From: Candidatus Undinarchaeales archaeon
GTDB lineage: Archaea; SpSt-1190; JASMDC01
Assembly (NCBI GenBank): GCA_030753015.1
Contig: JASMDC010000053.1
Location: 1 to 17,384 of the forward strand
Length of the DNA: 17,384 bases
Direction: 5' to 3'
The notes under the pieces were generated by a model, which searched no databases, was not told where the DNA came from, and was given only the letters and a program-made list of their open reading frames with translations. Shown here piece by piece: positions 7,669 to 15,309 of this stretch (positions are counted from its first letter, which is position 1; the number at the start of each line of letters is the position of its first letter). Position numbers and translations under genes: made by a program.

Positions 7669-8412
7669 TCAGGACTTCAGCAGGAACGACATCTCCGAAG
7701 TGACCATGTCGTCGGAGAGCTTCTCCAGCCGCTCGATGGAACCCACGTCGTACCAGAACTCGTCGGTGAGGTACCCGCGGATCTTCCCGCCCTCGTCGAT
7801 GAGCCGGGGGATGAGGTGTGCGTTGAGGTCCAGCACACCGTTCGGGTCCGTCCGCATACCGGCGAACGCCGCCGCACGCACGATGTAGATGCCTATGTTC
7901 ACGGGCATGTCGATCCGGGGCTTCTCTCGGAATCCGTGGACGGTGGCCAGCGGTCCGTCCGCGTCGGTGACGTCCGCCACGCCCACGGGGACGGGGAAAT
8001 CCCTTGCCAGGGCGAGGGTCACGTCGGCCTCCGCCTCTCGGTGGAGCGCCAACATCCGGCCCATGTCTATGTTCGAGAGTATGTCACCGTAGAATATCAC
8101 CACGTCCTCGTCCCCAGCGGCCGTCAGTGCGGGGAGGATGGCGTTACCCGTGCCCTTGAGGTCCGGTTGGTCGAGGTGGTAGGTCATGCGGGCCCCGAAC
8201 CGCGAGCCGTCCTCGAAGTAGTTCGTGATCTGCTCTGCGTGCGCTCCCACGAGCACGTTCACATCGCAGATGCCGTGGTGGCACAGGAGCCTGACGATGT
8301 ACTCCATCAGCGGTTTGCCCTGTCGTCCCAGGGGCATCATGCACTTCTGAAAGTAGAACGAGAGGGGCCGGAGCCGGGTGCCTTCGCCGCCGGCGAGCAC
8401 GATGGCCTTCAT
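7669..8412 (-). CDS. NDP-sugar synthase / sugar-1-phosphate nucleotidyltransferase (GDP-mannose pyrophosphorylase-like, no beta-helix tail)
   Basis: Motifs MKAIVLAGGEGTRLRPL, YFEDGSRFG, GTG, YGDI, FREKP and WYDVG. A minus-strand TTTAAA at 8436-8441 is 29 nt upstream. Confidence 0.92.
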   Translation of the reverse strand: MKAIVLAGGEGTRLRPLSFYFQKCMMPLGRQGKPLMEYIVRLLCHHGICDVNVLVGAHAEQITNYFEDGSRFGARMTYHLDQPDLKGTGNAILPALTAAGDEDVVIFYGDILSNIDMGRMLALHREAEADVTLALARDFPVPVGVADVTDADGPLATVHGFREKPRIDMPVNIGIYIVRAAAFAGMRTDPNGVLDLNAHLIPRLIDEGGKIRGYLTDEFWYDVGSIERLEKLSDDMVTSEMSFLLKS

Positions 8413-8444
8413 GGAGATGAGGGGGGCGATTGAGCTTTAAATGC

Positions 8445-9686
8445 CTATGCCGGCTCGTCGCGAAGCTCCTCGACCATCCAGGGCCTCGTCCCCCTGAGAT
8501 ATGCAAGGGCAGCGAACACGATGAGGACGACGGCGAGGGCGGCTGGCCGGGGAGAGTACCACCGCCGTGCTCGGAACGCGTACACGGTACCGTCCAGGGA
8601 TGCCACGATCACGAGCCCGTCGGACAGGGCGGGAGTGACGCTCACGGGGCCGACGGAGCCGGTCCGGCCCAGGAGGGTTCCTGCCCGGGCATCGATCACA
8701 TGGAGCTCGCCCAGCTTCGAGCTCGCGTAGACGATCCCGTCGGCGATAGCAGGGGGCGCGTCCACAGCGCAATCCATATCGTGCCGCCACAGCTCGTCCC
8801 CCGTCGACGCGTGTAGGGCGTAAAGGAGGCCGCCGCTCGAGCAGGAGTACACGGCCCCGTCCGCCACGGTCGTGGCCCCCGCGGCGCCCGCTAGTTCGTG
8901 CTTCCAACGGAGCGCACCGGTGCCCGCGTCAAGGGCGTAGACCCGCCCGTCGAGCGAACCCATGTAGACGGTCCCGTCCACCACCGTGGGCGAGAACCAG
9001 TTGGATCCCGAGGTCATGGTCCTCCAGAGCTCACGACCTGTCCGTGCGTCAGAGGCGTAGACGTACGCATCGCTGGACCCGGCCACGACGGTCCCGCCGG
9101 CCACGGCGACGGGGGCGCGGACGGGCCCTCCCATCGCGGAGGCCCACCGCTGTGTCCCGTTCCCCTGATCGAGGGCGAGGAGCCGACCGGAGCTCGTGCT
9201 CACGTACACCGCATCGCCGGTCGCCTGGAGCGCGGGCAGTTCCGCCGGCTCGTCAGTGAAGAACCTCCACCGACGCTCTCCCGTGCTCGCGTCCAGCGCG
9301 TTCACGTGCATGTCCTCCGAGCCGACGACCACGAGCCCGCCGACGACCACTGGTGCGGAGTGGCGCAGGAACCCCTCGGTACGGAAGGTCCAGACCGGCG
9401 TGCCGGTGAACTTGTCGAGGGCGTAGAGATGCTCGTCCGCAGCGCCCACATAGACGAGGTTCCCGGCGACGACGGGAGTGGTGGTGACCGGGGCACCCGT
9501 CCTGAACGTCCAAGCGCGCTCAAGGTCGGCACCGGGTCCGCCGGTGGTCGCTCCTGTGTTCCTCACGTCACCCCTGGGCACGGGCCAGTCGGCCGCGGTG
9601 GCGAGGGTCACGGCGACGGTTGTGAGCAGTACCACCAGGAGGATGGGGAAGCCACCCGGCCCGGACGCACGCACCACATCACGCAC
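8445..9686 (-). CDS. Secreted PQQ-like (BamB-type) beta-propeller repeat protein with C-terminal membrane anchor
   Basis: Signal peptide, DWP..RGD..NTG, about 8 repeats of W....G.....P.V..G.VY.GS.DG..YALDA.TG, and a C-terminal hydrophobic helix. The start may be GTG 9677. Confidence 0.9.
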   Translation of the reverse strand: MRDVVRASGPGGFPILLVVLLTTVAVTLATAADWPVPRGDVRNTGATTGGPGADLERAWTFRTGAPVTTTPVVAGNLVYVGAADEHLYALDKFTGTPVWTFRTEGFLRHSAPVVVGGLVVVGSEDMHVNALDASTGERRWRFFTDEPAELPALQATGDAVYVSTSSGRLLALDQGNGTQRWASAMGGPVRAPVAVAGGTVVAGSSDAYVYASDARTGRELWRTMTSGSNWFSPTVVDGTVYMGSLDGRVYALDAGTGALRWKHELAGAAGATTVADGAVYSCSSGGLLYALHASTGDELWRHDMDCAVDAPPAIADGIVYASSKLGELHVIDARAGTLLGRTGSVGPVSVTPALSDGLVIVASLDGTVYAFRARRWYSPRPAALAVVLIVFAALAYLRGTRPWMVEELRDEPA

Positions 9687-9742
9687 TCGCCCCTGGTAAC
9701 TATTTATGCTTGCATGTTGAGCTGCGGTATCGGAGGAGCGTT

Positions 9743-10810
9743 ATGGCGGAAGCCGGGAGCACGGATGACGGACCCTCTGGCGGCCTCCGCCGCCGGCGCC
9801 TTATTGTTCTGGTCAGCATCATCGCCACCCTGCTCACGCTCGAGATCGTAGTCCGAATGATACCATCACCGCAGATGCGCGATCCCATGAGCTCGTTCGC
9901 CCTGCGTTCGAGCAGCAATCCGCGCCTCGGTGTCGAGTTCGTCCCGAACAGCACCTTCGCTACCGTGTACGACGGCGATCCGGACGGCATCCTCCCTCCG
10001 GGCGGCCGGGTCGAGTACCGGATCAACTCACTGGGCCTGCGCGGTCCCGAGCAACCGGTCCTTGAAGGTGCGGACGCGCGCCGGATCCTGGTCCTCGGCG
10101 ACTCGTTTGCGTTCGGCACAGGCGTGGTCCACGAGGGGACGCTACCCGCGCAGATTGGGTCGGCCCTCCAGGAGCGCGCGCCCCCGGGTATCCGTTACCA
10201 GGTGTTCAATGCCGGCGTCCCCAGCTATACCACCCTGCAAGAGCTCGCACAGCTCGAACACTTCTCGCCCGTCGTGCGACCGCATGTGGTGGTCGTGACC
10301 TACATGCTCAACGACGTCATGTCCGAAGAGGAGGCGCAGGCGGAGCTGGAGGACCTGTTCTTCGACCGGATGAGCATGCCGGGTGAGGGGACGCCGAGCG
10401 CACTGGTGAACCTCATCAGCGACCGGCTTAGCAACCGGCTCCAGGGAGGAAGGATGAACGACATGTATCGCTCCTACTACACGGGTGACCGCCGAGAAGA
10501 ATGGGAGCGGACAGCTAGGGCGTTCGCAGGGATGGCCGAGCACTGCAAGGAGCGCAACATCCATCTGGTCGTTGCGGTCTATCCATTCCTCCACGAGTTC
10601 GACACGTACCCCTATCGCGATGTCCATGACATGATCGTAAGGACCTGCCAGGAGCTGGGGATCGATGTGATCGACCTGCTCCCGGTTCTCGAGAAGTACA
10701 ATGACCGGGATCTCTGGGTCCATCCCACGGACCCGCATCCGAACGCCAGGGCGCACGGGTATTCCGCCCGGGCCATTGCAGATGTCATCAGCGGGAAGGA
10801 TGCTGCGTGA
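9743..10810 (+). CDS. Membrane-anchored SGNH/GDSL hydrolase family protein
   Basis: RRRR plus a TM anchor; blocks INSLGLRG, ILVLGDSF, NAGV, LND and DPHPN. GGAGG at 9732-9736 precedes ATG 9743, and TATTTAT lies at 9701. Confidence 0.9.
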   Translation: MAEAGSTDDGPSGGLRRRRLIVLVSIIATLLTLEIVVRMIPSPQMRDPMSSFALRSSSNPRLGVEFVPNSTFATVYDGDPDGILPPGGRVEYRINSLGLRGPEQPVLEGADARRILVLGDSFAFGTGVVHEGTLPAQIGSALQERAPPGIRYQVFNAGVPSYTTLQELAQLEHFSPVVRPHVVVVTYMLNDVMSEEEAQAELEDLFFDRMSMPGEGTPSALVNLISDRLSNRLQGGRMNDMYRSYYTGDRREEWERTARAFAGMAEHCKERNIHLVVAVYPFLHEFDTYPYRDVHDMIVRTCQELGIDVIDLLPVLEKYNDRDLWVHPTDPHPNARAHGYSARAIADVISGKDAA

Positions 10811-10853
10811 CCGGCCCCGGAGCACTTTTATTACTTGGCCTTCACAGTGGGCC

Positions 10854-11732
10854 ATGGTCGATGAGAGGCTCGTGGTGTCCGTGGTCCAGGCCGTCCTTGA
10901 GAGAGGCGGTGACCAGAACCTCTCCCACATTATTTCTCTTGTGAAGAAGGCCACCGCCACAGGGCGTACCGAAGTCGTCGTGCTCCCCAACCACCTCACA
11001 CGCTCGGGCCCGGTCTCCCTCCCCTGCGAGCTGACCGGCGAGCTAGCCGACATCGCGCGGGACAACCTCACCGCCATCGTCGGCGCCATCCCGGAGCGGA
11101 CCGAGGAGTGCGCGTATAACACCGCTTTCATCATCGGAAGCGATGGACGGACCATGGGCGTCCAGCGCAAGTTCATGCTCTCCCCGGCCGAGGTGCCGTC
11201 ACTAAGACCGGCCCCCTCGGTGCGGGTGTTCGACACCGACGCCGCACGCTTCGGAGTGGTCGTCGGTGAGGACATGCTCTTCCCAGATTTCTCCCGCATC
11301 GTCGGGCTCTCCGGGGCCGAGGTCGTGTTCTGCCCCTCCCTCGTCGCCGGCGAACTCGTCCGGAGCCTGCGGACGGCCTGCTGCGTCCGTGCGTTCGAGA
11401 ACAGGATGTTCGTGGTGAACGCCAACGGCATCCCCGGTGAGGTCCGCACGACCAAGAGCGCCCGGGGACAGAGCACCATAGCCACACCGTACGTAGGCGA
11501 CAACCTGCTAGCGAAGGGCCTTGCGAAGGAGGGTATCATCACCGCGGAGCTGGACCTGGCTCGCTACCGCGAGGAGAAGTCCAGGCCGCCAGAGGTGCCC
11601 GGGAAGCGCCGGGGACGGCGGCGTAAGTATCGTCTGGGCCCCGGCCCGCACAGGTGCCTCGAGCTCCTGGGCAGGGTGGGGCTCGAGCTCGAGGTCGAGA
11701 TCCGCTCAGTGAAAGGTATTCCTGAGGAGTAG
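10854..11732 (+). CDS. Carbon-nitrogen hydrolase (nitrilase superfamily) fold protein with degenerate catalytic triad
   Basis: Motifs YNTAFII..DG......RK, FG....ED..FP...R...L.GAE....PS, RAFENRMFVVNAN, GQS.I..P and GIITAELDL. ATG 10854 is 28 nt after TTTTATTA at 10826. Confidence 0.85.
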   Translation: MVDERLVVSVVQAVLERGGDQNLSHIISLVKKATATGRTEVVVLPNHLTRSGPVSLPCELTGELADIARDNLTAIVGAIPERTEECAYNTAFIIGSDGRTMGVQRKFMLSPAEVPSLRPAPSVRVFDTDAARFGVVVGEDMLFPDFSRIVGLSGAEVVFCPSLVAGELVRSLRTACCVRAFENRMFVVNANGIPGEVRTTKSARGQSTIATPYVGDNLLAKGLAKEGIITAELDLARYREEKSRPPEVPGKRRGRRRKYRLGPGPHRCLELLGRVGLELEVEIRSVKGIPEE

Positions 11733-11733
11733 G

Positions 11734-11764
11734 GAGGGCCCCGGTGGGGCCGGGACCCACCCTC
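11734..11764. terminator. GC-rich hairpin between convergent genes
   Basis: GGTGGG (11743-11748) pairs with CCCACC (11756-11761), with outer GAG/CTC arms. It sits in the 41-nt convergent gap and has no U-tract. Confidence 0.25.
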
Positions 11765-11773
11765 TCGGGACCA

Positions 11774-12070
11774 CTACCTTCGCTTGGCCGGCCCCTTGAG
11801 GGCCGTGAGGATACGCTTCCGCTTGGTTGTGGGCGTCCGCGCCCGCTTGGCGTTCCCCATGCGCTTGGAAAGGGCCTTGTTGTCGAGGCTGTAGGCGGCC
11901 CATACGGCAAAATCGTTGAGGTCTTGGCGGAGGTGGTACTCGATAGCGTCATCGTCCACCCCCTCCACGAGCTCGGCGAACTCGTTGATGGTCCGCGCCC
12001 GGCCCACATCCGTATCGGGATCTGTGCGGAACACGAACTCCTGTCCTGGGGGTACGGCTTGTCGTGCCAT
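11774..12070 (-). CDS. DUF5752 family protein
   Basis: V.....FVF.......A....EF......V....IEYH.....NDF..W pattern. ATG 12070 is preferred over 12094 because the minus-strand TTTTTTAAA at 12097-12105 abuts 12094. Confidence 0.75.
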   Translation of the reverse strand: MARQAVPPGQEFVFRTDPDTDVGRARTINEFAELVEGVDDDAIEYHLRQDLNDFAVWAAYSLDNKALSKRMGNAKRARTPTTKRKRILTALKGPAKRR

Positions 12071-12269
12071 TGTATGGAGAAGGGGTCGTTTCATGGTTTA
12101 AAAAACTACTATTTTATTAATAGTTATTAGATGTTACTTAGGGTTACGAAACTAGTTCCCGGAAGCGCCTGAAATAGTACTCTCTTACAACGTTTTTTCG
12201 AAAGCGGTGCTGAACGCGCTCTGCTGGTGGAGGTGCAGTATTATAAAGCATGAAACGAATTTCTTTGCG

Positions 12270-12482
12270 ATGCGTTCTTTTAGGGGGATTGCTCACGGAG
12301 TAGCACGTGCTCTCATCTCTACCGGCATGGTGAGCCACGGCATCCTGGGCGACTGCCAGCGGGTGTACGGCGACCTTCTCGTGCTCACGGGCGGGATCAT
12401 CGGCCACCGGTTCGGCAACGACCACTCTGAACCTAACGTGGACCCGGGTTCAGAGCTGCTCCCTGAGCGCTTCGAGGATTGA
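12270..12482 (+). CDS. Possible small hypothetical protein (70 aa)
   Basis: ATG 12270 is about 30 nt after TATTATAAA (12239-12247), and the ORF fills an otherwise empty gap. Its 3' end overlaps the convergent YkgJ gene by 33 nt. Confidence 0.45.
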   Translation: MRSFRGIAHGVARALISTGMVSHGILGDCQRVYGDLLVLTGGIIGHRFGNDHSEPNVDPGSELLPERFED

Positions 12483-13391
12483 GCCCGACTCGCGGTCCCT
12501 CTCGTTGATGACCTCAGTGGTCCCGCCCTGCACCGCAAGCTCACCGAGCAGGAGCGAGAGCAGCCGGACGGCGTTCCGGGGTGTGTCGTCCACGAGACCC
12601 TCACGCCCGCGTCGGCGGACTACCTCGTCGGCATGGTCCAGGAGCCTAGTGCGGTCCCGCCCGCTCCACGGCGGCAGGACCGGGACGCGGACGAACGTCC
12701 CTCGCTCCCAGTCGACCCGGACCAGGGACGGCTCCGCCTTAACCTCGCGCGGCTCTAGCGCGTCCACCATGCCCGCGTCCGGCTCCCGGTAGTCCCTGGC
12801 GAGCTCGCCCTCGAGGGCAGCGATGAGCCCGAGCCCGGACCGGAGCACGGCGACGTGGGCGGGCCCGTCGGCGGACCTCGCTCCCTCGACCACCCGGCGG
12901 AGGAACCGCTCCCTGAGCGGCGGGGCGGCCACGGTATTACCGACGAAGGGCAGCTGTTCCCGCTCCCGGGCAGAGCACCGGTCGAGCCAACGGTGGAGGA
13001 ACTGGTCTCCCTCGAGCGATGCCACGCCGTCGAGGGCGGAGCGCACCTCGTCCGCACCGACCACGGGGCCCGCACCGGCCCCCGGGCACCTGAACATGGA
13101 CACCCGCGGCCGCCCGTCGGGCGTGGCCCAGAGCCTGAAGGGGAAGAGCCTGCAGAGGAGCGGCCTCTCGTCGTGCACCGCGCACAGCGGCCCGTCGAGA
13201 TGGGGGCACCGGAGCGAAGCGAGCGGGACGTAAGAGCGGAAGAGCGGATGCGGACTCGACAGCCGGCGGAAGGGCACACGCTGCGCGTCACGCTGGGTGA
13301 GGTGGAGCCCCGTGAGCTCGGCACAGCACTTCCCGCAGCGGATGCACTCGTAGCGGCGCGGGGTGAAGGCGAGCTCAGGCAAGGTCCCCAT
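12450..13391 (-). CDS. YkgJ family cysteine-cluster (CxxCxxCC, Zn/Fe-chelating) protein with C-terminal extension
   Basis: Motifs YECIRCGKCC, CPHL....CAVH..RP..CRLFPF and CPG. Confidence 0.87.
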   Translation of the reverse strand: MGTLPELAFTPRRYECIRCGKCCAELTGLHLTQRDAQRVPFRRLSSPHPLFRSYVPLASLRCPHLDGPLCAVHDERPLLCRLFPFRLWATPDGRPRVSMFRCPGAGAGPVVGADEVRSALDGVASLEGDQFLHRWLDRCSAREREQLPFVGNTVAAPPLRERFLRRVVEGARSADGPAHVAVLRSGLGLIAALEGELARDYREPDAGMVDALEPREVKAEPSLVRVDWERGTFVRVPVLPPWSGRDRTRLLDHADEVVRRRGREGLVDDTPRNAVRLLSLLLGELAVQGGTTEVINERDRESGSILEALREQL

Positions 13392-13415
13392 CGGGACCTA
13401 CGATGGCTAATAACC

Positions 13416-13422
13416 TTAAAAA
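13416..13422. promoter_or_regulatory. Shared TATA-like element between divergent genes
   Basis: TTAAAAA (reads TTTTTAA on the minus strand); 33 nt to ATG 13449 and 31 nt to ATG 13391. Confidence 0.55.
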
Positions 13423-13448
13423 GGTGGCCCCGCTCCTGTGACCCGCCC

Positions 13449-14546
13449 ATGGAGGAGTACGGTCGCATCTGGGAGCTTCCGGACATCGAGCCGAAGAAGG
13501 GCTTCCGCTGGTGCTGGTGGTTCTGGCTGGTTTTCATCGACAATCCGGCCGATCCCGACCGACCTCGCCAGGTCATGATCCTATGGAGCTTCAAGGACTC
13601 GCCCACCATCATCCACGATACCCACTACCACCCTGGTGAGGGAGTGGACCGTACCCCCGAGAAGGACACCTTCCCCGGCGTCGTCGCCGCCTGGTATTTC
13701 GACGGGGAGGAGATGGACCACGACCTCGCTCTGGAGCAAGGCCCCGTCACGGTGGTACGTGAGCTCGACAATCCGGGGACCGGTCGCCTCTCCATCGATA
13801 CGCCCAAGGGCAACGACTACGTGTTCGAGGGCGCGCCCCGCGACTGGCGCCTACGCATCAGGAACGAGAAGCATGACATGGACTATACCATCCGGCTGGA
13901 GAAGCCCAACGTGTTCACCAGCCCCATCTACCGCACCAAGCACTTCCTCCGGGGACTGTTCATGTACAGCGTGGTCAAGCTCAACCGCTGCACAATGGAG
14001 GGGACGGTGGACGGCGAGAAGGTGACGGGCACGGCCTACCTCCAGCGCATCGGGATGAACAATCCCTGCCTCCCGTGGTTCTGGGGTGTTCTGCACTTCG
14101 CCGACGGCTCGATCCTCAAGTACTTCTTCCCCCACGTCTCGACGGCCATCTTCCGTAGCGATCCCGTCCAGCGGATGCCGGGCCACGAACGGCTGTGGTT
14201 CCCGGCAAAGCGCGAGATGGAGTTCTATCACGCGCCAACATCAACCCTCCACAACTTCAAGCGGGGGACCGTGGAGCGGCACGACCGCGAGAACGGGATG
14301 CCGGTCTTCGACATCACGTTCAGGTCGCCCACCAAGGATCTGACCGTCACCATCGACAGCTACGCCCACACCCACTGGCGCTTTCGGGGGAAGCATCCTC
14401 TCGTCCCCATCAATGACCTCTACTACAACGAGTACCCGGTCAGGGTGACCAATCTGTCCTTCACCTGCGGCGGGCGCGAGGTGACCCTGGCGGACACCGG
14501 CCCGGGTGCGGGGAACGCCGAGCACACATGGGGCGGCCTGTTCTGA
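13449..14546 (+). CDS. Uncharacterised Trp/aromatic-rich beta-strand protein, possibly tocopherol-cyclase/CrtC/AttH-like fold
   Basis: Clearly protein-like from MEEYGRIW. Motifs WCWWFW, AAWYFDG, GTAYLQ...PWFWGVLHF.DG, YYNEYP and GNAEHTWG. The fold call is an inference. Confidence 0.8.
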   Translation: MEEYGRIWELPDIEPKKGFRWCWWFWLVFIDNPADPDRPRQVMILWSFKDSPTIIHDTHYHPGEGVDRTPEKDTFPGVVAAWYFDGEEMDHDLALEQGPVTVVRELDNPGTGRLSIDTPKGNDYVFEGAPRDWRLRIRNEKHDMDYTIRLEKPNVFTSPIYRTKHFLRGLFMYSVVKLNRCTMEGTVDGEKVTGTAYLQRIGMNNPCLPWFWGVLHFADGSILKYFFPHVSTAIFRSDPVQRMPGHERLWFPAKREMEFYHAPTSTLHNFKRGTVERHDRENGMPVFDITFRSPTKDLTVTIDSYAHTHWRFRGKHPLVPINDLYYNEYPVRVTNLSFTCGGREVTLADTGPGAGNAEHTWGGLF

Positions 14547-14596
14547 GGCCGGCCGAAGCGCTCAATTTATAATGTTTAGGTCATGTGCTGAACACC

Positions 14597-14905
14597 GTGG
14601 CCAAGGAGCATCAGTTCAAGGAGATCGATATCGAACTGCACATCTGCGTGTCCTGCCTGGAGAACGACCAGGTTCACGTGGAGTTCAGGGACGTCAAGGG
14701 CGAGGAGTGCCCCTTCTGCAAGGGTCCGCTCACCCGCATAGGCCACACCCGCTCCCTCGATGGTGTTTACGAGCGCCTCTACATCTGTCCCAAGTGCAAG
14801 GAGTGCTACAAGGTGGACAACGATGGCGACTTCCTTCACATGGGCAATGCCTTCACCGAATGGTTCCTCAAGGTGTTCGGCGGACACGGCGAGAACGTCA
14901 AGTAA
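14597..14905 (+). CDS. Small zinc-finger protein (three CxxC motifs)
   Basis: CVSC, CPFC and CPKCKEC. GTG 14597 is 31 nt after TTTATA at 14566; the ORF track start at 14585 is the alternative. Confidence 0.78.
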   Translation: MAKEHQFKEIDIELHICVSCLENDQVHVEFRDVKGEECPFCKGPLTRIGHTRSLDGVYERLYICPKCKECYKVDNDGDFLHMGNAFTEWFLKVFGGHGENVK

Positions 14906-14919
14906 CAGGGGGAGACCGC

Positions 14920-15180
14920 ATGCATCCGCCCCTGGAGGCCGACAAGGAGACCTGGGAGTTCGAGTGGAACCCCAAGCGACGCTTCGAGGAGTACTGCAAG
15001 CTCGTCGAGGCCTACAACGGCCTTCGCAAGCATAACAAGGTGCTAGAGGTCAAGTACGAGGAGATGAAGCAGCTCATGCTCGAGCTGCGGGACCAGGTCG
15101 ACCGGGGCACCAATGACCAGCAGAAGCTGTTCGACCGGCTCAACGCTATCAAGACCATCGCCACACCCAAGGACCTGTAG
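14920..15180 (+). CDS. Small coiled-coil protein (86 aa)
   Basis: ATG 14920 follows GGGGGAG, 14 nt after the Zn-finger stop. Heptad-rich sequence LVEAYNGLRKHNKVLEVKYEEMKQLMLELRDQV. Confidence 0.75.
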   Translation: MHPPLEADKETWEFEWNPKRRFEEYCKLVEAYNGLRKHNKVLEVKYEEMKQLMLELRDQVDRGTNDQQKLFDRLNAIKTIATPKDL

Positions 15181-15309
15181 GGATCCGTGCGCGAGTTCCG
15201 CTACGCGGACTGGTCTGTTTGTATTGTATGGATGTACATATCGTAATGTGTCCTTTGGCCGAAACGACCCTATGAGAATTGAAAACGAATTGACGTTCAA
15301 GGTGCTACT

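Noticed and set aside
8500-9520. Periodic GGCGTAGA-like DNA repeats, considered as a possible CRISPR or repeat array
   Set aside because: They encode the YAL/YA motif of the beta-propeller blades and are not identical repeats with spacers.
8898-9851. 317-aa plus-strand ORF
   Set aside because: Antisense to the clearly recognisable beta-propeller gene; its G/R/P/H-rich composition is typical of a shadow frame.
10142-11542. 466-aa minus-strand ORF
   Set aside because: Antisense shadow of the SGNH and nitrilase-fold genes; no motifs, and such ORFs are expected in high-GC DNA.
12095-12260. Replication origin (ORB plus DUE) interpretation of the AT-rich gap
   Set aside because: No ORB consensus with a G-string and no cdc6/orc1 gene in the window.
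12855-13448. N-terminal 198-aa extension of the 563-aa ORF
   Set aside because: Overlaps the YkgJ gene on the opposite strand; TATA spacing points to ATG 13449.
14506-14919. N-terminal part of the 224-aa ORF, or a possible frameshift fusion with the Zn-finger gene
   Set aside because: Alternate frame of the Zn-finger gene. The coiled-coil gene has its own SD and ATG at 14920, and I saw no slippery site.
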